DNA of 64,000 nt from Owenia fusiformis (lineage: Eukaryota), in NCBI GenBank assembly GCA_903813345.2, contig CAIIXF020000001.1, forward strand, positions 15,562,001-15,626,000. Reading direction: 5' to 3'. Both the position numbers and the translations under genes were made by a program. Position 1 is the first letter of the stretch, and every line of letters begins with the position of its first letter. Shown piece by piece: positions 37,101 through 50,500 of the stretch. The notes beneath the pieces are model-generated. The model did not search any database and was not told the origin of the DNA. It saw only the letters and a program-made list of their open reading frames with translations.

Positions 37101-40100
37101 TGAGTAATAAGAGTGTGGGGTCATCCTGCAAACAGATAGACCAATCGTACAACTTATGAAAATCCTAAGTGGCCATCTGATGCAAGAATATGCACTATTT
37201 GGAGATACAGGTACCTGTATCTCCAAAGTGCAGTATGGCTATATTATACTGAAGCTGAAATCATTTAAAGTAAATCATATTTTTGAATCCATTCCTTCTG
37301 ATTTGTGCCCTTGAAAAAAATTCCAACCACCCAATCTTGAAGTTGAAGTGGTGGCAATTCAGAGATTTGACAAAAGGCAAAAGATTTTAATCTTATTCAT
37401 CATGTTAATGGATTATTTGTTTGCTACTTCATGTACATGTAGTTGCCTAGTTTTCTAGTTTATTTAGCGTAGGTTAGAAGTCACAATTAGATTTCTCAAC
37501 CTCAATCACAATCTTCAACATTTCTATCGTTGTATACTACAGGAAGCTAGCAGGAAGAACTCTATTCATCACTGGGGCAAGCAGGGGTATTGGAAAGGCA
37601 ATTGCCTTGAAGGCAGCAAGAGATGGGGCCAATGTTGTTATAGCAGCTAAAACAGCGGAAGCACATCCCAAACTACCTGGGACCATATACACTGCTGCTA
37701 AAGAGAGTTAGTCAGAAATACAGGGTGGTCCAAAAAAGTGAACCCCTGCAACAGGCCATATTTCCCTTATTACTAGCAGGAATTCTTTCATATTTTCACA
37801 TGTAGTAGAGGAATGTCTAAAATTTATGTTGGTACCACACATTTTTCTTAGTCTTGAATTTTGCAGAAATTATAAGCCCTAACCAAACATTACTGAATAT
37901 GGATAAAATGTGATTTTCAAAATCCGCGATTCTTAAACCCTTCAACACCTTTCCCCTGACATTTTTTAAGCTGCAGTCTGAAAGATCTAATATTTTCTGA
38001 CTTTGTTCAACTTTGAATCCTGCACATCATGGCTTAAAACTAGGTAGAGATTAAAAGGTGGATTGGATCGAGTGGATTGGATTCATGTAAAAGGTGGATT
38101 GGATCGGGAATCTTCAAAATGTGGAATTTCTTATAAAAAAATTTCTGTTGATCTCCCTCTAAACAGTTTCCCTCTACAGTATTACAGGTCCCTTTTGAGA
38201 AATCAGAACAAAGCAATGACAAATACATACTCCAATTAGTTCATGGACACTCTTAAGTATTTAACCGCTTTCCATTGTAAATCAACTTTTGTAAGACAAA
38301 GATCTTTAGAAAAAGAAAACCTGTCATTCAAATTAATGTGTGAATGTTCACAAAACATTTCTGGTATGTTCAGTTTGGATTGAAAACAGATGATATGGAT
38401 CTTCAAACCAGTCTGCCTTATGATTTATGAAATGTCTCAAATTACACTTGGAATGAATAAGATCGCGTATCAGAAAGCGGGTACCAGGTCATCCTTCTAG
38501 CCCACCCCAGCAAAATAATATTACATCTATTATTTGACATTGTGCAAGTGAAGAGAGCACCAATCTTCCTAAAGGGAGATCAATAGATTTTTTAAAGGAA
38601 AATCCATATTTTGAAGATAGCCAATCCAATCCACCTTTTACATGAATCCAATCCACTCGATCCAATCCACCTTTTAATCTTTACCTAAAACTAGCATCCT
38701 ACTTTTGTTAGTTGCAAAGTTATTGTGATCCAAAGAAATGTTCTAAGCTTCCATAGAAGAAAACATTTTCCAGTGAAATCGCGACTATATGATCTTGGAA
38801 TGTCAATATCTTCATAAATCATGGACCAATTCTAATGAAATATGGCTCAAAACATTGAATATTATATTGGATTTTCTTTTGATTTTTTAAAGCTAATTGA
38901 TGAAGGGTTTCTCAGATACCCAGTTACAGGGGGTAACTTCCTTCCACAAGAGGCCCCCCTCTAATTGTTTTTGTAAGTAACATACCCCTGAGCTGTTGAA
39001 TGGTTAAAATTGCTTCAAAAATCAATGAACGTGTGAAATGTGTTTTTTGCTTAAATTGTGTCCCTTTTGTCATATGGTAGGGTTTTAAACTTGTATCTTT
39101 GACTGAAAGCTGTTTTAAGATCATCCAATGTGTTTCAACTATTTCTGTGAATCACATTGGTAAAACTTTGCACACATCTTATTTTCAGGCATGTTTGTTA
39201 AACTCTTGTAATTTCTTCAAAATTTAAGACTGAGAATAAATTATGGCATCAACCAAAATTTTAGACCTTTCTCTACAACATGTGATAATATGAGTCTATT
39301 CATGCAAGTATTAAGGAAAATATAGCCTGTTGCAGGGGTTCACTTTTTTTTGGACCGCCCTGTACTTCTTACAATAGAATTTTATATCATGCCTATTTTC
39401 TAAAAAATCTATCAGACTTATCTTATGGTAATACTCTAACATTATCTCAAAGAAAATTCAAAAATGGATGTGCCTTTAGACTTGTTTGTGAGAGGTGCTG
39501 TGAGAGTTGATTAGAGGTGTTCACTTCAGAGAGCTGGCGCACACTACATACATGTTTCTGTACTTTTGTTTACTTTTAGTTGAGGAGTTGGGTGGTAAGG
39601 CTCTACCATGCATAGTTGATGTTCGTGATGAGGACCAAGTAAGATCTGCAGTCAGCAAAGCTGTAGAAACATTTGGAGGAATTGATATTCTTGTGAACAA
39701 TGCTAGTGCTATTAGTCTGACTGGCACTGAGCAGACCAGCATGAAGAAGTATGATCTCATGAACCAAGTGAATGCTAGAGGAACATATCTATGGTAGGTG
39801 ATCACTCAAATGCGGTACTAATCACCTCAAATGTGATACTAGTTACCTCAAATATGATTCTAGTCACCTAGTTACCCCAAATGTGATACTAACCAACTCA
39901 AATGTGATACAATTCCAGTCACCTCAAATGTGATACTCATCAATTCAAATGTGATACCAATCACCTCAAATGTGATACTAATCTGAATCACCTCAAACGT
40001 GATATCAATCACCTCAAATGTTAGCACAATTCATCATAACCTTTGCTCTCTGAAAGAATAACACATGGATTTACAACTTACAAGGTTTCAGTTGTTCAAA

Positions 40101-43100
40101 CCTCACTTTAATTTTTCCTTCACTTCACTGAGTTGAAAAAACAAATGGTAATGACTTTCATTGAAGCATTAAGCCCAACTATATCAGTTCTTGTATTATG
40201 AAGACAAGTGCTAATGATTGTCTCAAAGCTGGCATAAACTACTAATTACAGTAACATGTCTTGTGACTTTGTTAGATAAACATCAATTCAACAGGACATA
40301 ATCAGTGTTTTCCTTTCGTTGTAAAGATTTACGTCACACTGAGGTAGACCGTAGAAAATTTGAAAAGTGGATGTTACTGGTTAGTTAGTTTCAAAATCTT
40401 CCAGTCATATTCAAGATCTACATGTTCAAAACCTTCAGGTAGATGGACAAGGGTAACATTGGACATATTATTAGCATGTTGTAAACCACCTTTGAAGTCA
40501 AACATGAAAAAAATACTTCAAATACATAATTATTCCATATCACAGCTGTGTATACTGTAGACTATCTCTTTGTAGCTCCCAGGTCTGCATACCTCATCTG
40601 AAGCGAGGCACAAATCCACACATTCTTAACATCAGCCCACCTTTAAACATGAAATCAATGTGGTTCAGAGGACATGTTGGTAAGTATTCAAAGTATTTCC
40701 TCAAATTATACAACAAACAGTTAATATTTTAATAACATGTAATAAACATGCAAAGAGAGAAATAACGAACCTTCCAAATTCTTGTGAGTGATAATATCGA
40801 GAATAAGATACCAGTATAAAACAAAATAAATTGTACATGATGCAGCACATTCCTGTATACTATAGCATTTTTCATGTTAAGTGCTGCCATCTTTCAATGG
40901 GTCTCTTATAGGTGTTGTAGGGTAAGGGATTGCCTTTCATTTTCTGTAACTTGGGGGTATTTAAGAGAAATGTTAGGCTTCGTTCAGTAGAGAGTTAGAT
41001 GGGGGGGGGACATCACACATCATTTCTTTTCATCTTATTAATCTCATTTTCATTCTTTATCTTTGAACAGTTTTATTATCCCAACGAACGAAGTTCGGTA
41101 GGGATATAGTGAAGCCCTCCGTCCGTCCGTCCGTCCGGAAGATAACTCAAATATTAGTTGACGGATTTTCTTCATATTTAGTGGAAAGATGTATATTGAT
41201 GATAAGTTTTTTTCAAGATGGCCGCCGCTTTAAAAATGACGGGACTTTTTCGCAAAAATCATAAATTTTTCATTCTAAACCAAAGTAATTAATATTATTG
41301 TTTGAAATTTTGGTAGTTTATTCGCAACATCTATCTATTTCACATATATTCCGTGTTTTTCATCCTGACCCCCAGGGGCCGTGTATGGGGGGTCAGGAAA
41401 ACAGAAATTTTCGCTAATTTTTAGATCTCTCTGAAGTATAGCTTTATTATACTCAAATGAAAGGCAATTAAGAGTAGATTGCAAATATTGTATCTTTTTT
41501 CTGATTCGAGCCTTGTAAACTTCAAAATGGCCGTCTAATGTACGATTTCGCAATAATTTTTCGATCCCTTCAACGTATGGCTATGTATGGCTATATAATA
41601 CTCAAATTGAAGGAATTTTGGAGTTGATTACAATTATGGTATTATTTTTCAGATTCGTACCTCAGAAAATTCATAATGGATTTTTTCAAGATGGCCGCCG
41701 CTTTAAAAATGACGGGACTTTTTCGCAAAAATCATAAATTTTTCATTCTTAACCAAAGTAATTAATATTATTGTTTGAAATTTTGGAAGTATATTCGCAA
41801 CATCTATCTATTTCACATATATTCTGTGTTTTTCATCCTGACCCCCAGGGGCCGTGTATGGGGGGTCAGGAAAACAGAAATTTTCGCTAATTTTTAGATC
41901 TCTCTGAAGTATAGCTTTATTATACTCAAATGAAAGGCAATTAAGAGTAGATTGCAAATATTGTATCTTTTTTCTGATTCGAGCCTTGTAAAATTCAAAA
42001 TGGCCGTCTAATGTACGATTTCGCAATAATTTTTCGATCCCTTCAACGTATGGCTATGTATGGCTATATAATACTCAAATTGAAGGAATTTTGGAGTTGA
42101 TTACAATTATGGTATTATTTTTCAGATTCGTACCTCAGAAAATTCATAATGGATTTTTTCAAGATGGCCGCCGCTTTAAAAATGACGGGACTTTTTCGCA
42201 AAAATCATAAATTTTTCATTCTTAACCAAAGTAATTAATATTATTGTTTGAAATTTTGGAAGTATATTCGCAACATCTATCTATTTCACATATATTCTGT
42301 GTTTTTCATCCTGACCCCCAGGGGCCGTGTATGGGGGGTCAGGAAAACAGAAATTTTCGCTAACTTTTAGATCTTTCTGAAGTATAGCTTTATTATACTC
42401 AAATGAAAGGCAATTAAGAGTAGATTGCAAATATTGTATCTTTTTTCTGATTCGAGCCTCGTAAAATTCAAAATGGCTGTCTAATGTACGATTTTGCAAC
42501 AATTTTTCAATCCCTTCAATGTATGGCTATATAATACTCAAATTGAAGGAATTTTGAAGTAGATCACAATTATGGTATTATTTTTCAGATTTGTACCTCA
42601 GAAAATTCAAAATGGCTGCTTTGCAGGAATTCACAATTTTAAAATCTAAATTTTTCAATTTTAACCAAAGTAATGAGTATAATTGATTGGAATTCGGTAA
42701 TTGATATTTTGTTCGTTGGGATTTGCTACTCTGCGGAGTTGCCATTATTTTATACTGAAGAGTGTAATTGTACATGTTTAGTCTTTTACTTGGAATATAG
42801 TATAGTTTTATGAGTATATTAATTCTGTGTTAATCTTGTCTTTTTTACATAACAAGACCAATCCATATTATTTTATGAAGAACCCACAGAGCTATTTAAA
42901 CAACAAAGCTCGAAGCTTCAATACATTAGAAATACTATATATGTCTGAATATGATTGTACGCACATAGAGTATGTACATAAAAAACTAGCATACTACAAT
43001 GTTGTATATTTGCTTTGTGTTCCAGCCTACACAATGGCCAAATATGGCATGTCAATGTGTGTACTTGGGATGGCAGATGAATTCAAAGATGATGGAGTAG

Positions 43101-46100
43101 CTGTCAATGCACTTTGGCCTAGGACAGGTAACATGACAGATCACGTTGTTATATATAAAGACCCCATAGATGAATTCAGTGGAGTTTTATAATTGAAATA
43201 TCAATTACATAGAGGCACAACAAGTGTTCCCTCAAACTAACTGTCCTTTAGGATTAGATTTCCACATAAATTTGACCCTTGTTACTATGGTAACCATAAC
43301 TCTAAGTTGGGAGATATAATGTCATTAAATGTAATTTCACAATCTTAAACAATGTCAGTCTCAGAAAAAATCCCTTGATAGGCCTATAAGAGCAATTGTA
43401 TCTTACTGGAGATTCCCTAAAAAATATTGTTTTTGTTTTTATTTGAAACCACAGCACAACTAGTACATGCTAAGACTAATAAATATCTAATAATATTTAA
43501 CTCTGATGTATATATGTATACTAATACTACTCTCATACAGTGGTGTGGACTGCTGCCTCACAATTTCTTGGTGGAGGTGATGAAAGCAGACAAGCTGGCT
43601 GTCGAACAGTTGACATCATGGCTGACGCAGCTTATCTTATACTAACTCAAGATAGCACTGAATTCACAGGAAACTTTTGCATTGATGATGCAATCTTGAG
43701 TGCTATTGGGATCACTGATTTCTCTCCTTATAGTATAGTTAAAGGTAATACTGACTTTTAAAGTGTGCCTTGGAAGGATGTTAGAATATGAACTCACCTT
43801 ACAGGGTAGGCTACAAATCAATGAACTCTACAATACAAGATGCGCTATAATATGTGCAAGATTTTGCAAATATGCAATAGATACATCCCTATAAGAGTTC
43901 ATAATATTCTAGCATCTTCCTGGGTACTTTGTCTAATTAAGTCACATGTCTAATTCTTTATCTTTAATTCAGCCATCTATACAGCTGCTATGGAGATGCT
44001 CGGAGGAGGTGAGAGTGTTGCAGCCGAGTGTCGCAAAGTTGACATAATGTCTGATGCGGCATATGCAATATTTAGAAAGGACAGTAAAACTTACACAGGC
44101 AAATTCCTCATAGATGATGATGTATTGAAGGAAGAGGGCATGACAGACCTTGATGGGTATGCCTGTGTGCCTGGTGAGTTTGGCTAGATATGTGTAGATG
44201 TGATTTATACAAGTTGCATGTTTGTGCTTTCTGTTTCAATGTCACATGTTGTATATAGGAATATAAATATGTGAATTCTGTGTTTATTTAAGGAAGTAGA
44301 TTGGATAGAGTTAAAATATGTTTCCCTCACAAGTCACAATTCTAATTTTATTTAAAATTATTAAAAGTTTAAGATGTAAAATGTCCACATTTAATTATTT
44401 GAATTTTTAAAACTATTACAAGGTTACATTAAATTGTAACTGATCCTGAAATAAAGCCTTTTGAACGACAATAGTTAATGAGTTAGTTAATGAAAACACA
44501 GAAAAAATAGTGTAATAAACTTGTGACTATCCCTTCAACTTCCTAAATTCATAATCGCATTTTAGAAACTCTTGTTTTCTCCTGTTTAAGGTTACTACCA
44601 CTACCTAAAGTGGTGACATACGAGTTGTAGTCACCATTTTTATGTCGCCATCAGAAGTGGTGACATATTGTTATAGTTTCCAACTTTTATGTGGATGGTT
44701 TTCAGTGGTTGCTGTTTGGTGGTTGGCATTCTGATTCAGCAGTCTGCATCTAACAAATGACAGGTGGTGACATTTTGCATGTTAATACCTTGTTTTTACT
44801 GCTATAACTTGCTGTTAGTTGTTTGTGTCAGCATCTATAGACACGTCGCAAAAAGCTGGCACACTTGTGTTTTTAGGGTATCGCATGAATGTAACTTTAA
44901 TTCTTCGGAATATAAGATAATATTCTAATTAAAATTATATATCATTTTAAAGCTGCTTTAATGAAGTTTTCAAATCAAGTACACTTCTTTCACAATTCTT
45001 GCGTGTTCTTTTTTAAAAAAGAGTTTTTTACCCCAAAATCTGCCAAATATCCGCTGTCGACACGTTACATTTTGAATAATTTTTCGTCTTTAAACGCACA
45101 AAACTCAAACAATATTTGAATATTATACTTTATTAGCGTCTTGATAAAGGTAGATGGAAGTGTTATTTCAAAGGATGAATTCTAGTAAGGGTCCAATATT
45201 GTGACGTCATATAGTTTGAAAAATAGAATCTGTCGACATCAACCTTTTTTGCTCATTTTTTGTTACCTGCATCTTTTCAGGTGTTCATTAAACAAAAAAT
45301 ACGAGACCAATTTTTAATATATCATACATGATTATTTTGCTCATAAACTCTAGTTTATTAATAAATAGTTGATTTTGTTCGCAAACGTATGTGTTTTTTG
45401 TTGTAATGGAAAAGTGGAGGATGAAAGGTTTTCAAAATTCATTAAAATAGGGCGAATTTACGCCATTCACCTATTTTCAAACACAGCAACACATATATTT
45501 ATTTCACCTAAAATATCAATTGATTCGTGTTTTATGATGCTCCTAACCCATTGTTAATATGAAACAATGGGAACATCAAATAAATTGGCCTTGTTGCAAG
45601 AAAATCTGGTTGTACATCTAGCCCTAAACAAATGTTTTTTTTTTATTTATTTTAAATTGATTCCCGTGTTCCAGGTGCAACCCTCATGCCAGATTTCTTC
45701 CTGGATCCTGAAGACCCTGTCACACAAACACCCAAGTGGGACGGTGCTGCCCCTGAAGCTGCCCAGACAGAGCCCACTGGACCAGTTGCTCAAACATTCA
45801 ACCAAATCAAACCCTTGCTCAGTGAGGAACTAGTCAAAGGCACTGGTGGCGTCTTTCTCTTCAACTTGGCAGGTGAGTGTTCTTGAAACCACATTTCATG
45901 AAAAATGATCGTTTTTAGGGATTTTGTGAGATTGGCTACATTTAGTTTTCAATTGTTTGGGCAAATTATTTATGAAGCGCTTTTTTCAGTATTACATAAA
46001 ACTCTGGTCAAATTCCTTATTATTTTCCTTTAAAATTCTTCTGCACAAATTGCCAAAAATATATTAAGTCGACCTTTACAAGTCAGTTTGAATTCGCAAC

Positions 46101-46501
46101 TCATTTTTCCGAAAATTTGAAATACATTGTTTAATGAAATCTGACTACAGAATTTTTTGACTTTAATTAGTAAACTATGTAGTCATCATTAAAATGCTTT
46201 TAAAATGAAATGGACACAAAACAGTTCAATTGATCTAAAAAATCTTTTTCCAGGGGATGTGAAGGAACAGTGGTTTCTAGACTTGAAGAATGGTGCAGGG
46301 TCTTTAGGACAAGGTGAAGCACCTCAAGGCAAGGCTGACTGTACCATGACTATGTCAACGGACGATTTTGTTAAAATGTTTTCTGGAAAATTAAAACCAA
46401 CATCAGCATTCATGACAGGAAAGTTGAAGATCAGTGGAAACATGGCTCTTGCAATGAAGCTGGAGAAACTGATGGCATCAATGAAGAAGGCAAAGCTTTA
46501 A
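28117..46501 (+). CDS. HSDL2: Hydroxysteroid dehydrogenase-like protein 2 (SDR + SCP2 domain, PTS1 AKL). Exons 28117-28139, 37543-37706, 39580-39793, 40576-40679, 43026-43127, [43541-43744 or 43973-44173], 45675-45872, 46254-46501; 417 aa with the second alternative
   Basis: All junctions are GT-AG and in frame; MSLLKNTGKLAGRTLFITGASRGIGKAIA, NNASAI, catalytic YTMAK, NALWPRT, PDFFLD, SCP2 domain ending KAKL. Confidence 0.95.
28290..30339. mobile_element. CACTC-terminated TIR element (CACTA/EnSpm-like) whose left TIR is interrupted by an insertion
   Basis: Left arm 28290-28322 + 29529-~29646 is the inverse of right arm ~30189-30339. Confidence 0.7.
28323..29523. mobile_element. hAT-like non-autonomous element with 5-bp TSD
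   Basis: TIR CAGTGGAGACGATAACC/GGTTATCGTCTCCACTG; TSD TTCAT (28318-28322, 29524-29528), confirmed by the uninterrupted opposite arm of the host. Confidence 0.8.
31260..32658 (+). mobile_element. HINE/Helitron-like family B with ~120-bp internal tandem repeats
   Basis: 5' ATCCCACCGAAC + (CCGT)n; 3' sub-TIR GTTCGGTGGGAT, hairpin ACTCCGTGGAGT, terminal CTAG; inserted in a T-run of family A. Confidence 0.7.
32959..35010. mobile_element. CCATGG-rich satellite-like TIR element
   Basis: Interrupts host sequence AAAAGCCA|TGTCACTG; ends CCATGTT...AACATGG; interior made of ~10-11-bp ACCATGGT/ATTTCATTGC units. Confidence 0.6.
37721..39362. mobile_element. Tc1/mariner-like non-autonomous element in HSDL2 intron 2
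   Basis: TA-CAGGGTGGTCCAAAAAAGTGAACCCCTGCAACAGGC...GCCTGTTGCAGGGGTTCACTTTTTTTTGGACCGCCCTG-TA. Confidence 0.8.
38043..38685. mobile_element. Merlin-like non-autonomous element (GG termini, 8-bp TSD)
   Basis: ~62-bp TIRs with internal GTGGATTGGAT repeats; TSD TAAAACTA (38035-38042, 38686-38693). Confidence 0.65.
39800..40022. repeat. ~21-bp minisatellite
   Basis: Repeated TCACCTCAAATGTGATACTA units directly after the HSDL2 exon 3 donor. Confidence 0.8.
41076..42750 (+). mobile_element. HINE/Helitron-like family B relative with three ~473-bp tandem units
   Basis: Ends ATCCCAACGAAC / GTTCGTTGGGAT + hairpin; spurious ORFs at 41335, 41808, 42281 show the 473-bp period. Confidence 0.75.
43541..43744 (+). 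CDS. HSDL2: HSDL2 alternative exon 6a (diverged duplicate)
   Basis: 204 nt, phase 1-1, CATACAG acceptor and GTAATA donor; VVWTAASQFLGGG...CRTVDIMADAAY...FTGNFCIDD. Confidence 0.75.
43973..44173 (+). CDS. HSDL2: HSDL2 exon 6b (canonical-like)
   Basis: 201 nt, phase 1-1, ATTCAG acceptor and GTGAGT donor; AIYTAAMEMLGGG...CRKVDIMSDAAY...YTGKFLIDD. Confidence 0.88.
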
Positions 46502-47577
46502 GCTGGATACTAACAATATTCCAAAGCAGTTCAAAGTATTAGAATGCAATCATTTCCAAATATGACTCAGGCATGCACGACATGTAAGAATCTAAAGTGT
46601 TATGGAACATTAAAAGTGTAGAGAAATGTATGAAATGATCAAATTCCTGACAAAAATTTCAATCAAAACTTCATATCCCTTATGAAACAGTAACATATTA
46701 TAAATATGTACATGTACAGTGCAACTAGAATTCATGTTGAAATGCATAGAGAATATAGATGCTACTCGTATGTGGGTGAGATAATACAGTAAGATATAAA
46801 TTAATATTGTCTAATATTTTTATTGGTAAATTCTAATGTTTCAATACAAATTAATTATTTGGATGTACATGTATAAATATTTATCATTGTTATTACATGT
46901 ACAGTAAATGCATACAAAATGCTATTATGTATATCCTGTATAAATGTTTATACAATTGTAGAAATTAAGCTCTATGGATATGAGAAGTTATAATTAATAT
47001 AATTTTACACAAAAATAAATAATATTTAAAGTGACTTTTCTGTGTTGGTCATCTTTATTTATGATTATAAGAAAAAGCATTGAGGTTACAATTCTGAAAC
47101 TAATATGACAATATCACTGTTTTTGATGGAATTTTGGAATGTGCATTAATGGATGGTATAAAATCAGTGAATCGGAGCAATATATTGGCACTTCAAAAAT
47201 GCTCAAAGATAATGAATATTACATCTGCTAATATGCAAGAAAATGTATAATACATGACATTTATTAGTGTTTTGCATTCTAGCAGAGTACATGCTGTATA
47301 ACACAAGTGTTACAGAATGATCCAATGCTGATGTGAGTTCTGCTGTCTGTGCAAGTCATATAGTCCATTTTGTGGTATTGCCACATTATATAAATGGGCC
47401 TGTTGTCTGGCATGGGCATTGACTCGAGCACTCAGGTATTGACTTTTTAACAATGCAAGCTCTTGGGTCTTATGACATGATATTGGCAAAATTTAATTAA
47501 GCCAAACAGTTTGTAACTAAAGCTCCACAAATGTTTGGTATTGCACTATTGTGAGTTCTCTGATAGTGTATGGTATG

Positions 47578-50500
47578 TCATTTCCCCTTGATTATTTCAG
47601 TTCTTGCATCTGTTAGAGCATATCCTAGCCAGTTTTTGCCCCTCCATGTGTGTTTGTTCTTTGCCTTTGGGTTATCAGCACCTAAGCCTATCCCCCATAT
47701 AGTGTCTCTTGGACTAGCCTCAACTAAAATTGTCCCATCTGTCTCCAGTAGAACCTTCTTCAGTTCTTCATTTTGAGAAAACTGAAAAGTTAAAAATTGA
47801 AACCCATACCTGACTGTGAATAATGAGATAGGATATGTTTTGATTATTGGGTTAAAATTATTATGATTTGTTACTGTAACGACCCTCACTCTGCATGGTA
47901 AGTGCAAAAGGTATTGGTAGCGTTAAAGGGTTGATGAGTGAGTGGAAGAATCGTCACATTATTACCGGGTCCGTGTTGTGATTGTATATGCTCTCAAGGG
48001 TTTTACAGACATGATTGATTGAATGGCAAAATGGCTGAATATGTCGCACTGCGACATAAAACATACACCTAACTGAAAAAACAGACGATTTAGTTTAAAT
48101 ATAAATGATGACATAATTATGGGTTTATTTACAATGTGATTATAAATTGAGTATAGTAATTATGACAATAACACACATAGTGTGGAAATATATATATGAA
48201 TAAAAGTTCTGATATTGTGACACATGAATGATATATGGTGCAGCGTTACTCAATGGCAACGGGTACCCATATTCAAGGATAATGCACAAAGGTGGATCGT
48301 TATGCAACTAAGATCCCTGAAATGTGGTTACGATGGTATACATAGTATTTCCTATCAAGTACAATATATACTTAAGTAAGATTACATAGTTACCAAGAAG
48401 CTGATACTGCAAATACACATTAGTGAGCTCATATTCATAAATCCTACATTAACTACACATATAACATACAATACTTTCATCTGGGAGAGTGTGTGACACA
48501 ACTGGTGACCAAATAAACATACATAGTGATATGTATTACCATGACTTTGCAACAACCTTTGACAATGAGAACAACAACAACTGGCACCTTGGAGTGTACG
48601 ACATGACGCAAAGAACCGAATTACAACCACTGACAAAATGTAAGACCGACTAAAAATATCAACGTAACATTACGTATTCACAAGCTTGGGTGAAACATAC
48701 CAAATAATGACTATAACAATAACTTGTACAACATTTGATTCAACATACCAATTAGTGATAACAATGTTTACATGACTGCTCATTATGTAACATGCTAGGA
48801 AAATTAATGTCATATAACATGTGGGTGCAATCACATGACATGGATATACATGTCATGTAACTAGTGGGCGCCTGCTATGAAACATGCCGACGCGTGCTAC
48901 ATGACATTTGGGTGCGATTACACATCATGTGGGTACATGCTATGTAACAAGTGGGTGCATGTTATGTAGTAAGAGATCAATCATGAACATAAGTGAACCT
49001 GTAGACCCAAGTTGGTAGTAGTACATCACCAACTTATAATATTCCATGACACAACATAAGGGTGGGTGCAACAACTTGTATTCCCTTTGGTAATATTGGG
49101 TGCAACAAATTGTATCTCCCTAGGGTGGCTTTGGGGAAAGCCATACATGCATACAGTATAAAAATTATAGTACGACCTTAACGCAACGATACAATAAAAC
49201 CGACACTCCAACCATCGATAAACAATAGAATAGTTTAAGTTCAAAACTAGTATCAGGCTAGACCATAAACTAGGGTTCCATCAGGGTTTAACTCAACACC
49301 ATCATCTATCTGACACTAACTGTTGCCCAACAGTAAGACTTGTTGCATACAAGCGAGACATTACGTAACATACAGCTGCACAGGGTAGTTTGCAGTGTAC
49401 CAAAACATGATCAATTTGGGTATTGATCATCAACAATGAGATAAACTGACATGATCAAACTGGGTATTAATCAACAACAATGAAGCAAACTGACATGATC
49501 AAACTGGGTATGTTGATCATCAACCATGTAAACCAAATATGGGTCAAATAATTCCAATGTGCTTTTGCATTAACAAGTCAAATCCAAATCCAAATGTAAT
49601 ACTTGCCAATTTCACCACACTCAGTATACATAGAGTGCTTACAGCTTGAAATGAGGTGAAGGGTGTCCATCCACATGAGGTATTTGCATCAGCATATGAG
49701 TGGTTGGTTGTTGGTGGTATGTAGTTCGCCATCACTTGACAGACGTGCTGATATTTGCATGTCATGCGGGAGGGGTGAACCTCAAACTTCAAGCCTGATT
49801 TGGGGGTCAGACTTCGTGCAGATCCTGTTGTAATCACCTCATGTGGACGGACGACTTACTGGTGTAAATCGTGAGACAGTTTAGACACCTCGACGGTCAA
49901 CGATAGCGACATTTTGAGTGAAGATAGCGGAGCAAATCACGAATGATTTACTCGAAAAACATAAGATGGCTACCTGTCTTCTGCGCACGCGCAGCGCCTT
50001 ACATAAATTACGAACTTATGTAAATCCACAAAAACGGCCATAACTTCGCCAATACGGGACCGATTGCAAAGTTTGAACTACCTATAGAGAGCTGATTTTA
50101 CGTATTATGTGCATATCCTACTAGATTAATGATAAAACATAGTAAACAGGGTGAAATTTAGACCAGAAAACTACGAAAGTAACCTTGACCTTTTTACGTC
50201 AAAAGTACGAACGGAACTAAGAATAGTTCGAGAATTACGCCAAAAGTACGAACGGGAGCAACAATATCCACAAATTACTAGAATAGGACACTTTAGTGGA
50301 TAATATCGATCTAAACATGTATGTGTGTATATAAACAACATTAAGTGAAACCCAACAGTGGTGAGACGTCGAACTGACAGTACTGAATATCAGCAAACAA
50401 ATAAGTAAATCTGTTGGGTTATCACATTACAGTTAGCAAGGAATAAATGTTAGTAGATAATAATTATGTTTATCCTTGTGTACCTTAGCGATGCTGCCCT

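Noticed and set aside
41335-42502. Three repeated 72-73-aa ORFs
   Set aside because: They follow the 473-bp tandem unit of a non-autonomous element inside an HSDL2 intron.
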